A stretch of 64,000 bases of DNA from an uncultured delta proteobacterium (lineage in GTDB: Bacteria; Desulfobacterota; Binatia; Bin18), in NCBI GenBank assembly GCA_963733195.1, contig CAVTCR010000019.1:89553-153552 (forward strand), in the 5' to 3' direction. The translations under genes were made by a program, and so were the position numbers. Under the pieces are notes generated by a model that saw nothing but the letters and a program-made list of their open reading frames with translations, did not search any database and had not been told where the DNA came from. Positions within the stretch are counted from its first letter, which is position 1. Each line of letters starts with the position of its first letter. Shown piece after piece: positions 43,777 through 53,206 of the stretch.

Positions 43777-45859
43777 ATGCACTATCGTTTAGGTGTCGAT
43801 ACCGGCGGTACGTTTACCGATTTCATCCTGGCCTCGCCAGGTGCAGGGATTCGACTGTATAAAACTCCTTCAACTCCGAGTAACCCTCCTGCAGCCGTGC
43901 AGGAAGGATTGCGGCAGATCTTGTGCTGACCTCGGCTGTTCACTGGCGAACTTTCTTGATGCTTGTGACCTAGTCATCTTGGGGACCACGGTCGGGGTGA
44001 ATGCGCTGATTGAAAATAAGGGGGCAAAGACTGGTCTCTTTTGCACGAAAGGTCACGAGGATTCATTGGAGATTCGTCTTGGTCACAAGGAGGATGGACA
44101 TCGCTATGATGTTGATTTCCCTCAGGCCTCGATGCTCGTCCCGCGTGCATTACGGTTTCCAGTCACCGAACGCGTTCTCAGTACTGGCGAGGTGCGAACA
44201 CCGTTGAACGAGGGCGATATTCTCCGTGGTCTTCGTGTCTTCAAAGAAGAGGGTGTGGAGTCGATTGCTGTATCGTTTGTCTGGTCATTCCTTCATCCTG
44301 AGCATGAAAGACGGGCCGCAGAGATTATCGCTGCCGAATTTCCCACAGCGTATCGGACTCTTTCGATCGATGTGCTCCCACAGATTCGAGAGTATACGCG
44401 TACCAGTACAACGGTCGTGAATGCATATATTGGTCCAATCATTAAGCAATACGTTGAACGCATGGAAGGATTTCTCCACAACCTTGGATATCGTCATCAG
44501 ATTCGCTACATGCAAAGTAACGGTGGGCTAACGTCCGGGCGCTTCCTCATGGACAAAGGTATCTACGCCCTCAATTCTGGTCCGGCAGCCGGGCCTAATG
44601 CTGGACTCTTCTTTGGTGAGGCATTTGGTTCGCGCGACATCATCACTGTTGATATGGGTGGAACGAGCTTCGATATCAGCCTGAGTAAAAATGGGAAAAC
44701 GAAGACCGCGAAAGATTTTGATTTCATTCGCTATCGTATTGGTATTCCCATGCTTCAAGTAGAAACACTGGGTGCCGGAGGTGGAAGTATTGCGTTTGTG
44801 AATGCGATGGGGTTGTTGCAAGTGGGGCCGGAAAGTGCGGGCGCTCAACCTGGCCCAGCAGCCTACGGACGTGGAGGAAAACGTCCGACTGTAACCGATG
44901 CCCTTGTGGTGTTGGGGTATCTCAATCCGCAGTCGCTGCTTGGTGGACGCCTCCAAATCGATGCCGATGCTGCACGACGGGTGGTCGTGGAAGGTGTAGC
45001 AGCGCCGCTCAAACTCAGTATTGAGCAAGCCGCGCTAGGGATTTTTCAACTGGTGAATGCCAATATGGTCAGTGGCATTCGCCGTGTCTCTATTGAGGAA
45101 GGATACGATCCACGTGACTTTGTGCTGGTCGTTGGCGGTGGCGCTGGCCCTGCCCACGCCGGCATGTTGGCGAGCGAGTTGGGGATTCGTCGGATCATCA
45201 TTCCCAAAGTAGCGGCTGCGTTTTGCGCTTTCGGAGAGATTATTTCCGATATGAAACATAACTACCTGTCCTCGTACACCAGTCGTCTCGACCAAGTCGA
45301 TTACGAACGATTGAATCACTTGTTTGCCGAGATGGAAGAGCGAGGTCGACAAGAGCTTGTCGAGACAGGAATCGCAACTACGCAGATTGCCACGCACCGC
45401 TCGCTCGATATGCGTTATGTGGATCAGATTCATGAATGCCAGGTAGATATTCCCACTGCAACACTCACACCGCAGAATATTGCACAGGTGGCTGAGGCGT
45501 TCCACCGTCGCCACGAAGAACTGTTCACGTATAGTGAACATGACAATATGGTAGAGATTATCAATCTTGAAACTACCGTGCTCGGACGTGTTGAGCGGCC
45601 GCAATTGCCCACCTTCGCTCGTGGCAATAACAATCCTCAGCATGCCCATAACGGCGAGCGCCAGGCATTTTTTTCTGAGATCGGCGGTTTTGTTCTGACT
45701 CCAGTTTTTGATGGCGCAAAACTTCTTGTTGGGAATGCTGTTCAGGGTCCGGCGATTATCGAAGAGGCAACGACCACAATAGTCGTTTTCCCCGGCTGGC
45801 AGGTGGAGTTGACTGATCCAGGAATGTATTGCATGACTTCACAACTGTCCTCAGTATGA
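43777..45859 (+). CDS. Hydantoinase A/oxoprolinase family protein (frameshift near 43920)
   Basis: True start MHYRLGVDTGGTFTD at 43777, then GTTVGVNAL, SGPAAG, DMGGTSFD, GAGGGS, GGAGPAH. Confidence 0.9.
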
Positions 45860-46160
45860 TACGGAAATAAAAGTAGTAACAAGCTCATCGCCGTCCCTGT
45901 CCATTCCGGTGAATAGCTCTTGAGCAAAGCCCCGTTACATTCCGTAAATTTGGTTAGTTGTTCATTTCAGTGTACGGTATTGCCATTTCGACCAACCAAT
46001 GGAATGTGGTGAGAGTGGTGGTCCCATTTGAGTCAAAAAACTTATCCCTTTAGAACAAGAGTCAGCCTTCTATGAGTCTCGGGCCTTAAGTGGGAATGGG
46101 GGTGAGACCTGCTAACGGTAGGGGAGGTGACTCTCTGTGTGCGGGTCTCACAGAGCCAAG

Positions 46161-46256
46161 TGTCTGAAAAAGGCAAACCTCTCGAAAGAGTGAGACACAA
46201 AGCTACTGGCCTAAACCCGAGCAATATTCCAGATACGGTCGCAGAGTTACCAGGCG
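46161..46256 (+). ncRNA. c-di-GMP-I (GEMM-I) riboswitch
   Basis: GGCAAACC-TCTC-GAAA-GAGT-GAGACACAAAGC-TACTGGCCTAAAC...GCAGAGTTACC; P1 TGTCTG/CAGGCG; closely follows the Vc2 layout; 55 nt before an ATG. Confidence 0.85.
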
Positions 46257-46310
46257 ATCCCAGGTCCTCCTCGGAGTTCTGTGGTCGCTCAGAATCTTTG
46301 AGGAGGGAAC

Positions 46311-47647
46311 ATGTTTCCTGCGCTGACACCACCTCGTCATCTCTTCCTTTCTACCCTCATTATTTTCGGCGTGTTATTTTCTTCGCGAATTTCCTCGGCC
46401 GCACCGCAAGTAACTCTCACGTGGAGAGATAATTCGATCAATGAAGATGGGTTTGTCATCGAGCGAAGACCCAGTACGGGTGGAACGTATACTCCAGTCG
46501 CTCAAGTTGGGCAGAATGTCACATCCGTATATTGATAATACCGTGGTTGCTGGGAGTGGGTATTGCTACCGCGTACAATCATTTAATAGTGACGGAACAT
46601 CGCCATACTCGAATGAGGCCTGTCGTACTGTGGCAACCACGGATATAGATACGCTGGTATCTATATATATATCTATAGTTGGACAGGGAAACATAACCAG
46701 TAATCCTACGGGAATTAGTTGCACACCAACATGCGAGAAAAGCTTCCCACGCGGTGCGACGGTCGGCCTTACCGCTACTCCTGTGACGGGATGGCAGTTC
46801 CAGGGGTGGGGAGGCAATTGTGCGGGGAAAGCGACAACGTGTTCTCTCACCATCGATCAAGTGAAGAATGTTACTGCGAGTTTTATCAAACCTAATGTGG
46901 GAGGGGGGGGAGGATCAACAACCGTTCTAACGATTGGAACGTTTCAGAGTGGTGCATGGTGGATCGACAATGGGAACTGGATAAAGGACGGTTGTACTGT
47001 GGACACGTGTGTGTCGTTCGGAGCCTCTGGAGACCTGCCAGTTGTAGGCTATTGGACAAAAGGTGGGAAAAAACAAATAGGGGTATTCCGTAAAGGTACT
47101 TGGTATTTGGATAGTAATGGCAACGGCCGTCTTGATGGCTGTACAGGAGGGGACACCTGCTTCTCCTTTGGCTCAGCCAATCAGAAAGCGGTCGTGGGTG
47201 ACTTAAACGGTGATGGGCAAGCTGAAGTCGGGGTGTTTAGTGATGGAGAACTGGTATTTTGATACCGGAAATCGTCGAGAGGATGGATGTACAATTGATA
47301 CATGCATTTCAGGGTTTGGCCTTACTGGCGACCAACCCGTGGTGGGAGACTGGAATGGGGACGGACGGTCCGACATTGGGGTGTTTCGCAATGGGAAGTT
47401 GGTATCTCGATTATAACGGGAATCGTAAGTTGGATGAATGTGGAATTGATAAGTGTCTAAGTTTCGGGAGACGGGGTGACTGATGCAGTCGTGGGAGACT
47501 GGAACGGGGATAGAAAAATCCAAATCGGGGTGCTCCGTCGAGGTGAATGGCATCTAGACAATGGCGACGGAGTCTGGAGCTTCGTGTGCCGTCGATAAGT
47601 GTGTGAAAGGTCTTGGGTCAAAGGACGATATCCCGGTTTCCAGGTGA
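46311..47647 (+). CDS. Secreted protein: FN3 + InlB-B-like repeat + FG-GAP-like Cys-containing repeats (multiple frameshifts)
   Basis: Signal peptide, LTWRDNSINEDGFVIER..YCYRV (FN3), GNITSNPTGISC..WQFQGWGGNC, repeats of IGVFR.G.WYLD.NG...DGC..D.C..FG...PVVGDWNGDG. Confidence 0.75.
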
Positions 47648-47693
47648 CCTGCAAATCTCGGTTCCGTGAATAAATAGCGCGGCAAGACGTCCG

Positions 47694-48698
47694 CTATTGA
47701 CCAAGTTCGTCACCGAGGTCGAATAACCGCAGCGCGAGGCGTATCTTTGCCAGCTGCGCCTCGCGGTTATTTCGTGCCCTGAGTGCCTCTTCAATATCGA
47801 CAGCGCGAAACCGGACTCTACTCCCAGGAGAGGCTTGAGCAATGCGATCAAGGTCGCTCTTGATGGCAGTCCCGATTGTCGTGTAGCCACCGCCAGTGAC
47901 GGCATCGTTCAGTAAAAGTATTGCCTCTAGTCCTCCCGGAATCTGGATCGAACCTACAGGATAGCCCAAATCGACGACGTTGGACGGGTCTGCTCCAGCA
48001 CCAAACGGTTGTTCGCCCGGCTTGAAATGAAAGGTTGGGCCTTTGAGTCGATAGCCAATGCGATCGGCTTCAGTCGAAACCTCCCAGGTTGCAGCCAGAA
48101 AGTCTGCGAGGCTTTCCTCCTTCACTCGGTAGTTGCACATGCCCATAATCACCCGGACTTCAATATCTTTTGTTGGGCTCGGGAGGAGGGTGCGATCGAT
48201 ACTCCTGCCCAACATAGCATCAGGTGATCGTATATACGGACCAAGTTGGAGCTTGTCGCCGGCTTGGAGTTTTCGCCCTCCCAATCCACCAAACCGTCCC
48301 AGCATGTAGGTTGAACGGCTGCCAAGTAATACTGGCACCTCGATCCCACCAGCAACACAGAGATACGCCCGTGCCCCACGCTCTACACTGCCACATGAAA
48401 GAATATCACCTGCAGTGACTCTATGAGTCTGCCACAGGGTCGTCGGATGATCGTTGATGCGAAAGGACAATTCCGCGCCGGTCACAGCAACTGTCGTTGT
48501 CTGCCTCACTCTGAGTGTTGGACCGGTGTAGGTCATCTCGAGACCTGCCGCATTCTCATCGTTTCCAACCAACAGGTTGCCGACTCGAAAAGAAAAGTTA
48601 TCCATCGCTCCGGATGGCGGCATGCCGATGTGATACCAGCCAAAGCGCCCGAGATCTTGGACAGTTGTGAGGAGACCAGGTTCAAGAACCTCAAGCAT
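47694..48698 (-). CDS. pxpC: 5-oxoprolinase subunit C / AHS2 carboxyltransferase-domain protein
   Basis: PGLLTTVQDLGR, SGAMD, LGSRST, DRIGYRL, TGGGY. Confidence 0.85.
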   Translation of the reverse strand: MLEVLEPGLLTTVQDLGRFGWYHIGMPPSGAMDNFSFRVGNLLVGNDENAAGLEMTYTGPTLRVRQTTTVAVTGAELSFRINDHPTTLWQTHRVTAGDILSCGSVERGARAYLCVAGGIEVPVLLGSRSTYMLGRFGGLGGRKLQAGDKLQLGPYIRSPDAMLGRSIDRTLLPSPTKDIEVRVIMGMCNYRVKEESLADFLAATWEVSTEADRIGYRLKGPTFHFKPGEQPFGAGADPSNVVDLGYPVGSIQIPGGLEAILLLNDAVTGGGYTTIGTAIKSDLDRIAQASPGSRVRFRAVDIEEALRARNNREAQLAKIRLALRLFDLGDELGQ

Positions 48699-49566
48699 AG
48701 CCTGCCTCTTCTTGGAGGCATTGCAAATAGCGGTCTGGACTGTTCAGGTATTCGCTCGGGCGAAAGCGCTGCTCGATAATGCGATAACGGTAGGTCCCAG
48801 CTTCGACTTGCGTACGAATCGTATTGTATTCATCCATGTCTATGGGGCGGAATTTCCACCGATCTCCCGCGTCAGCCAAGATATAGCGGCTGCGCAGATC
48901 GGGAAGATGTTCCTCTGGGTCATATACTGGGACTGCTGACATGCCAATCATTTGATACCCGCCGGGTCCGCGGACCGGATAGATACACAAGAACACACCA
49001 CCGTGCGCGACCGCTCGTTCTGGGGTGTCAGTGCGAGGACGGATATACTTAGGAGCTTGGATTGCGCGCTCAGGCGGGACCATGCGGTAACACCAGGCCG
49101 TCCCCGGAACAAATCCAACCATCGACACCCAGTACGGTGTATCGCAATACGCAGTGATGAACTCCTCCTTCGAGGAATAACCGTTGATGCGCATGAGGTA
49201 TTCGAGGTTTGACACCGACGGATCTTGATGTCGGTCCCCGAAGCGCTGCGCACATTCACGAGTCCACGGATCATCGAATAACACCGGAATATCGACCAGC
49301 CGAGACTGCAGAGCGTCAGCATATTGCACTGCGTGTTCGATATCTTTAAGTTCGCGAATCAGTTGGTTGGGATGAATAACTTCAGGGTGGAAATGAACAA
49401 GATACGACGCATTGGCTGGGCAGGTTTCAATGACGCCTGCGACTCCGCGTCGTTTGACCTCTTGGCAGACTGCCAGGATTTTGAAGTTGGTTGCTAGATC
49501 CATCGCCTCATTAAAAATAACAAGGAGATACTCATCACCACCATAATCGTACCGTGTCTCAAACAT
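48691..49566 (-). CDS. pxpB: 5-oxoprolinase subunit B / AHS1 domain protein
   Basis: GGDEYL, MVGFVPG, PRTDTP, YPVRGPGGYQMIG. Confidence 0.85.
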   Translation of the reverse strand: MFETRYDYGGDEYLLVIFNEAMDLATNFKILAVCQEVKRRGVAGVIETCPANASYLVHFHPEVIHPNQLIRELKDIEHAVQYADALQSRLVDIPVLFDDPWTRECAQRFGDRHQDPSVSNLEYLMRINGYSSKEEFITAYCDTPYWVSMVGFVPGTAWCYRMVPPERAIQAPKYIRPRTDTPERAVAHGGVFLCIYPVRGPGGYQMIGMSAVPVYDPEEHLPDLRSRYILADAGDRWKFRPIDMDEYNTIRTQVEAGTYRYRIIEQRFRPSEYLNSPDRYLQCLQEEAGYA

Positions 49567-49588
49567 AGAATGCTCTTTATGCAGACCC

Positions 49589-50467
49589 TCACCCTGCCCC
49601 TTGGACCTCTCTCCCCGCAGTGTAGGAGAGGAAGTGAATGTAAAGGAAATGACCTAAGCGCTGGCGCGTCGGCGCAACGGGAGTTGCAGCTTCGTGTCCG
49701 GCATGGATGGCACTGTGCACTTCGATTCCTTCCCGTTGTAATGCTGAGTGTAATCCATCGAGGACTTCTGGTGCGTTTACGACATCACCATGGACACATA
49801 CGCTGTCTCCTTCGACATCAATCACTGTACCCGTCGTCGTCGTCGTCTTGTTATCAAGGGCGAAGCGTAAAACAAGCTCGACGATTTCTTCAACACTTTC
49901 TGTGCCATAGGTCCGTTTCACGGTAATCGCGCCCTTCTCGTCGTAACTTAATCCCGGATAGAATTCTTTGATGACGGAAAAGCCCATTTTTTCGGCGGTG
50001 GCAACCAAGGGGAAATGTGGGAGTGCCGGGAGATATAAGGTCAGGTCTGGGTCTATGGCCTGAAATCCTTCGAGCACTGCACGAGCGTTGTCTTCGGATT
50101 GAATCGACCACGAGTAAAATGCGCCGTGCGGTTTGCCCGCTTGCAGCTTGAGCCCGTGCATTTCACAGAATGCTTTGAGCGCACCGGCTTGGTAAACGAC
50201 ATAGTTTGTCGCTTCCTGAAGAGTGATGTTCATCAAGCGACGCCCGAAGCCCATCAGATCGGGAAAGCCGGGGTGCGCACCCACTGTGACACCGTATTGT
50301 TTTGCCCATTCGACCGTGCGGCGCATCCATGTGGGGTCACCAGCATGGAACCCGCAGGCGATGTTCGCATGGGAGATGCGTTTCATGACTTCCTCAGGTC
50401 GTCCTAAGACGAAGTTGCCGAATGATTCTCCCATGTCACTATTAAGATCAATCCACGTTCTACGCAT
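49589..50467 (-). CDS. pxpA: 5-oxoprolinase subunit A (LamB/YcsF)
   Basis: DLNSDMGESFG, NIACGFHAGDP, GAHPGFPDLMGFGRR, KPHGA, CVHGD. Confidence 0.9.
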   Translation of the reverse strand: MRRTWIDLNSDMGESFGNFVLGRPEEVMKRISHANIACGFHAGDPTWMRRTVEWAKQYGVTVGAHPGFPDLMGFGRRLMNITLQEATNYVVYQAGALKAFCEMHGLKLQAGKPHGAFYSWSIQSEDNARAVLEGFQAIDPDLTLYLPALPHFPLVATAEKMGFSVIKEFYPGLSYDEKGAITVKRTYGTESVEEIVELVLRFALDNKTTTTTGTVIDVEGDSVCVHGDVVNAPEVLDGLHSALQREGIEVHSAIHAGHEAATPVAPTRQRLGHFLYIHFLSYTAGREVQGAG

Positions 50468-50558
50468 GGTTTGCCTCCCGTTTGTAGTTCTGAGTTCCGA
50501 GGTTCGAGCTACGAGTCACCAATAAAGGCTTTGACCTCATCTTTCCACTAGTCGCTCG

Positions 50559-51608
50559 CTACTCGCTCCTCGTTGCTCCTTGTTTGAAGTGTGGCATCAC
50601 TTCCTTCGCAAACAATCGCATCGCGCGTAGGGTTTTCTGGTGGTCTGCCCCGGGGTAATGCATCCAACAGATGAGATAATCCATGCTGAGTTCACGTTGG
50701 TACTTTTCAATCTCACGAATGCAATGGTCAGGGTCACCAATAATAAACCGCTCGCGGTGGCTATCGAAGGTCACAGTGGCAGGGTTTTCTACAAGGCGTC
50801 CCTGATCGTCTCTCAATGGCCGCACGTTAGCCCACTTCCCGTACATCCCGCCATGAATGTACATGATGCCGTCACGTGCCTCGTCTTCAGCTTGCCGGGT
50901 TGTTTCCGCGACATACACCTCGCGAATCACCGGTGTAGCCATCGCTGTTTTGTTGAACCGTTGTAATTGCTGGCGGTACCAGAGGTAATGCGTCTTCAAT
51001 TCATTAATGTGATGTCGCGGAGAAGCGACGAGCGCTGAGCCCCACTGCGCGGCGCGGCGGACTCCTCCGCGTGTAGAAGCACCGATCCAAATTGGTGGAT
51101 GCGGTTTCTGATACGGTTTGGGAGTCACGGACAAATTTTCGACGCTATAGTGCTGACCGGAGAACGAAAAACTCTCGGTTGTCCAGCTCTTAATGAGGAT
51201 TTCGAGTTCTTCCTCCATGCGATTTTCCCGCCCGGTGCGCTGTTCCTGGTGTCCAGCATACTCTTCCGGACGATACCCAGTCGCGACACCAAAAATGAAT
51301 CGGCCAGCAGCTATATTATCGAGCACTGCAACATCTTCTGCCGTTTGTACTGGACGATGTAGCGGAAGCAGGTACATGCTCGTGCCGATCTTCAGTGTGG
51401 AAGTCCGGGCGGCCATTGCTGACGCTGTTACTAACAGGGACGGACACATACCGTCTTCCATGAAGTGATGCTCAACGAGCCAGGCCGAATCGAAGCCAAT
51501 TTCTTCAGCGACAACCACTTGCTCGAGCATGTCGCGATAGAGCTCGGCATGATTCTTTTGAGAATCAGGGGGAGATTGCATCGAAAACGGACCAAGACCA
51601 AATTTCAT
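50559..51608 (-). CDS. LLM-class flavin-dependent oxidoreductase
   Basis: MKFGLG, WLVEHHF, AEDVAVLDNI, PKPYQKPHPPIW. Confidence 0.9.
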   Translation of the reverse strand: MKFGLGPFSMQSPPDSQKNHAELYRDMLEQVVVAEEIGFDSAWLVEHHFMEDGMCPSLLVTASAMAARTSTLKIGTSMYLLPLHRPVQTAEDVAVLDNIAAGRFIFGVATGYRPEEYAGHQEQRTGRENRMEEELEILIKSWTTESFSFSGQHYSVENLSVTPKPYQKPHPPIWIGASTRGGVRRAAQWGSALVASPRHHINELKTHYLWYRQQLQRFNKTAMATPVIREVYVAETTRQAEDEARDGIMYIHGGMYGKWANVRPLRDDQGRLVENPATVTFDSHRERFIIGDPDHCIREIEKYQRELSMDYLICWMHYPGADHQKTLRAMRLFAKEVMPHFKQGATRSE

Positions 51609-51791
51609 TCCTGTTTGCCTCCACCTATTCTGGGCATTGTCATGGTCGGAAGGAATTTTCCTCTCGATAGCGAACATTGTCAACGATACAGAAGGCCAGC
51701 AAGAAGACTCACCATCAGTGCACCATCAGGACAGACACCGCTATCGCTGCGCGCCGCGACAAAGCGTGGTGCAGAGAACAGTTCCACTAAA

Positions 51792-52826
51792 TCAGCCGAT
51801 CGGAGTTACAGAACGCAACCAGTTGTGCTGGTCATCCGATAAGGGGCCAAAGGTCTGGAACAGTTGATTCGTTGGCAGTGCGTCCCTCTCGAAGAGCCAA
51901 TGATAGTGTACGTGCACAAGATGTGGGAAGGTGGCTCGCATTAGTACTGGATCAATTCGGTCGTGTAGATGTAAGGGATAATTGTAAGTCGGCGACAGTT
52001 CCTGAACCTGGCGTGTCGTGCTCCAGATCGCTAAGGAGAGGGCTGCCTGATTCGACCCCCATAGGGTTCCTGCCGCAGAGGTGACCCAACCGGCACCGGT
52101 CCGGAAGGGACTGGCACTAGAACGTGGTCGCAGGTTTTGTCGGATGGAGGCGAAGAAGAAGTCCGCCCACCGTCGCAAGATTCCCAATCCACCTCTGGCG
52201 ACCACAAGCCCACCGTTATAGTTTGCCTTGATGCGATGACGATCAACGAACGACTCGCTCCATGGGAGATCATCGTAATCAACTCCGCAGCAACGACAGA
52301 GGCTCTGCCAATAGGTATCAAACAGGTCCTGTGGGCCAGCCGTACAAATTCCTTTTACATCAACTGGGCGCACCGCTATATCAATGTTCGGTGAGAGAAG
52401 AAATTCAGATGGTTCTCGCAGGAATAGCGTATCGCTATCTAAAATCACGAGAATGTCGTGGCGGTTCATTCCCTCGATATAAGCGGCAGCTGCCACCCGA
52501 TTGGCAGGCCCATACTCGGAACAGCTCGTATTGAGAAGCTTATCGATGTAATGGACACGTAGGTCATCGAGCTTTTTCCGAGCGTCTACGGAAATTGCAT
52601 GTCCGGTGCGGGGAGAGACTGCATACAGTTCACTAGTCATAAACCGTCCCGCATAGCGGCGGATACTCTCGAAGAGCATAAGCGCCTGCCTCTCGAGCAC
52701 TCCGCTCTCAATACACGCGACAAACCCAACATCAGGTCTCTCTGCTTGGCTGGAAACCGATAGTGTATTTTTCGTTTCCGTCAGCTGTGCACGCAGAGTG
52801 CGTATCAATCGCTGGAGAAAATTCAC
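51792..52826 (-). CDS. Putative glycosyltransferase (GT-A fold, GT8-like) / hypothetical protein
   Basis: LDSDTLF DxD motif, YNGGLV, NQAAL, YNYPLH, VHYH. Confidence 0.55.
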   Translation of the reverse strand: MNFLQRLIRTLRAQLTETKNTLSVSSQAERPDVGFVACIESGVLERQALMLFESIRRYAGRFMTSELYAVSPRTGHAISVDARKKLDDLRVHYIDKLLNTSCSEYGPANRVAAAAYIEGMNRHDILVILDSDTLFLREPSEFLLSPNIDIAVRPVDVKGICTAGPQDLFDTYWQSLCRCCGVDYDDLPWSESFVDRHRIKANYNGGLVVARGGLGILRRWADFFFASIRQNLRPRSSASPFRTGAGWVTSAAGTLWGSNQAALSLAIWSTTRQVQELSPTYNYPLHLHDRIDPVLMRATFPHLVHVHYHWLFERDALPTNQLFQTFGPLSDDQHNWLRSVTPIG

Positions 52827-53032
52827 GGCCAGAATATCATCTTTCGTGTAATCTCGGGCCGATAATAGTGGTTTGCGAGCGGATAATCAAAGACACGTAT
52901 CCAATCTAAATCGGACCGAACATTCTACACCCCCCCCCCGCCCTCTCACGAATGCTGTAATCTCTGTTACAGAGAAGCGTCTCCAGTTCCTCGATTTGGT
53001 CGGGACCTAAGTTTTTTGCGAAGGTTTCCTAT

Positions 53033-53172
53033 TAGGGTCACGGTAACGATGCGGTTCTGTCAGCGCGTCGAGCCAGGGGCTCGGAGAATAGGCTTGTCTC
53101 CGAGCAGCGCAATGGGTCTCCTTCAGAGACCATCCCCTTGCGCGGTCCGGGGACAGAACACGCCCGTCCCTA
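53033..53172 (+). ncRNA. Candidate structured cis-regulatory leader RNA
   Basis: Nested stems: TAGGG/CCCTA, ACGG/CCGT, GTTCTGTC/GACAGAAC, GCTCGGAGA/TCTCCGAGC, GCGCAA/TTGCGC, GGTCTC/GAGACC. Confidence 0.45.
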
Positions 53173-53206
53173 GTAGTTCATTTGACGCAGTGGGTCTCAA
53201 TTTGTT

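Noticed and set aside
46161-46256. cGAMP-sensing GEMM-Ib variant
   Set aside because: The discriminating position is G (GGCAAACC), not the A seen in Geobacter cGAMP aptamers.
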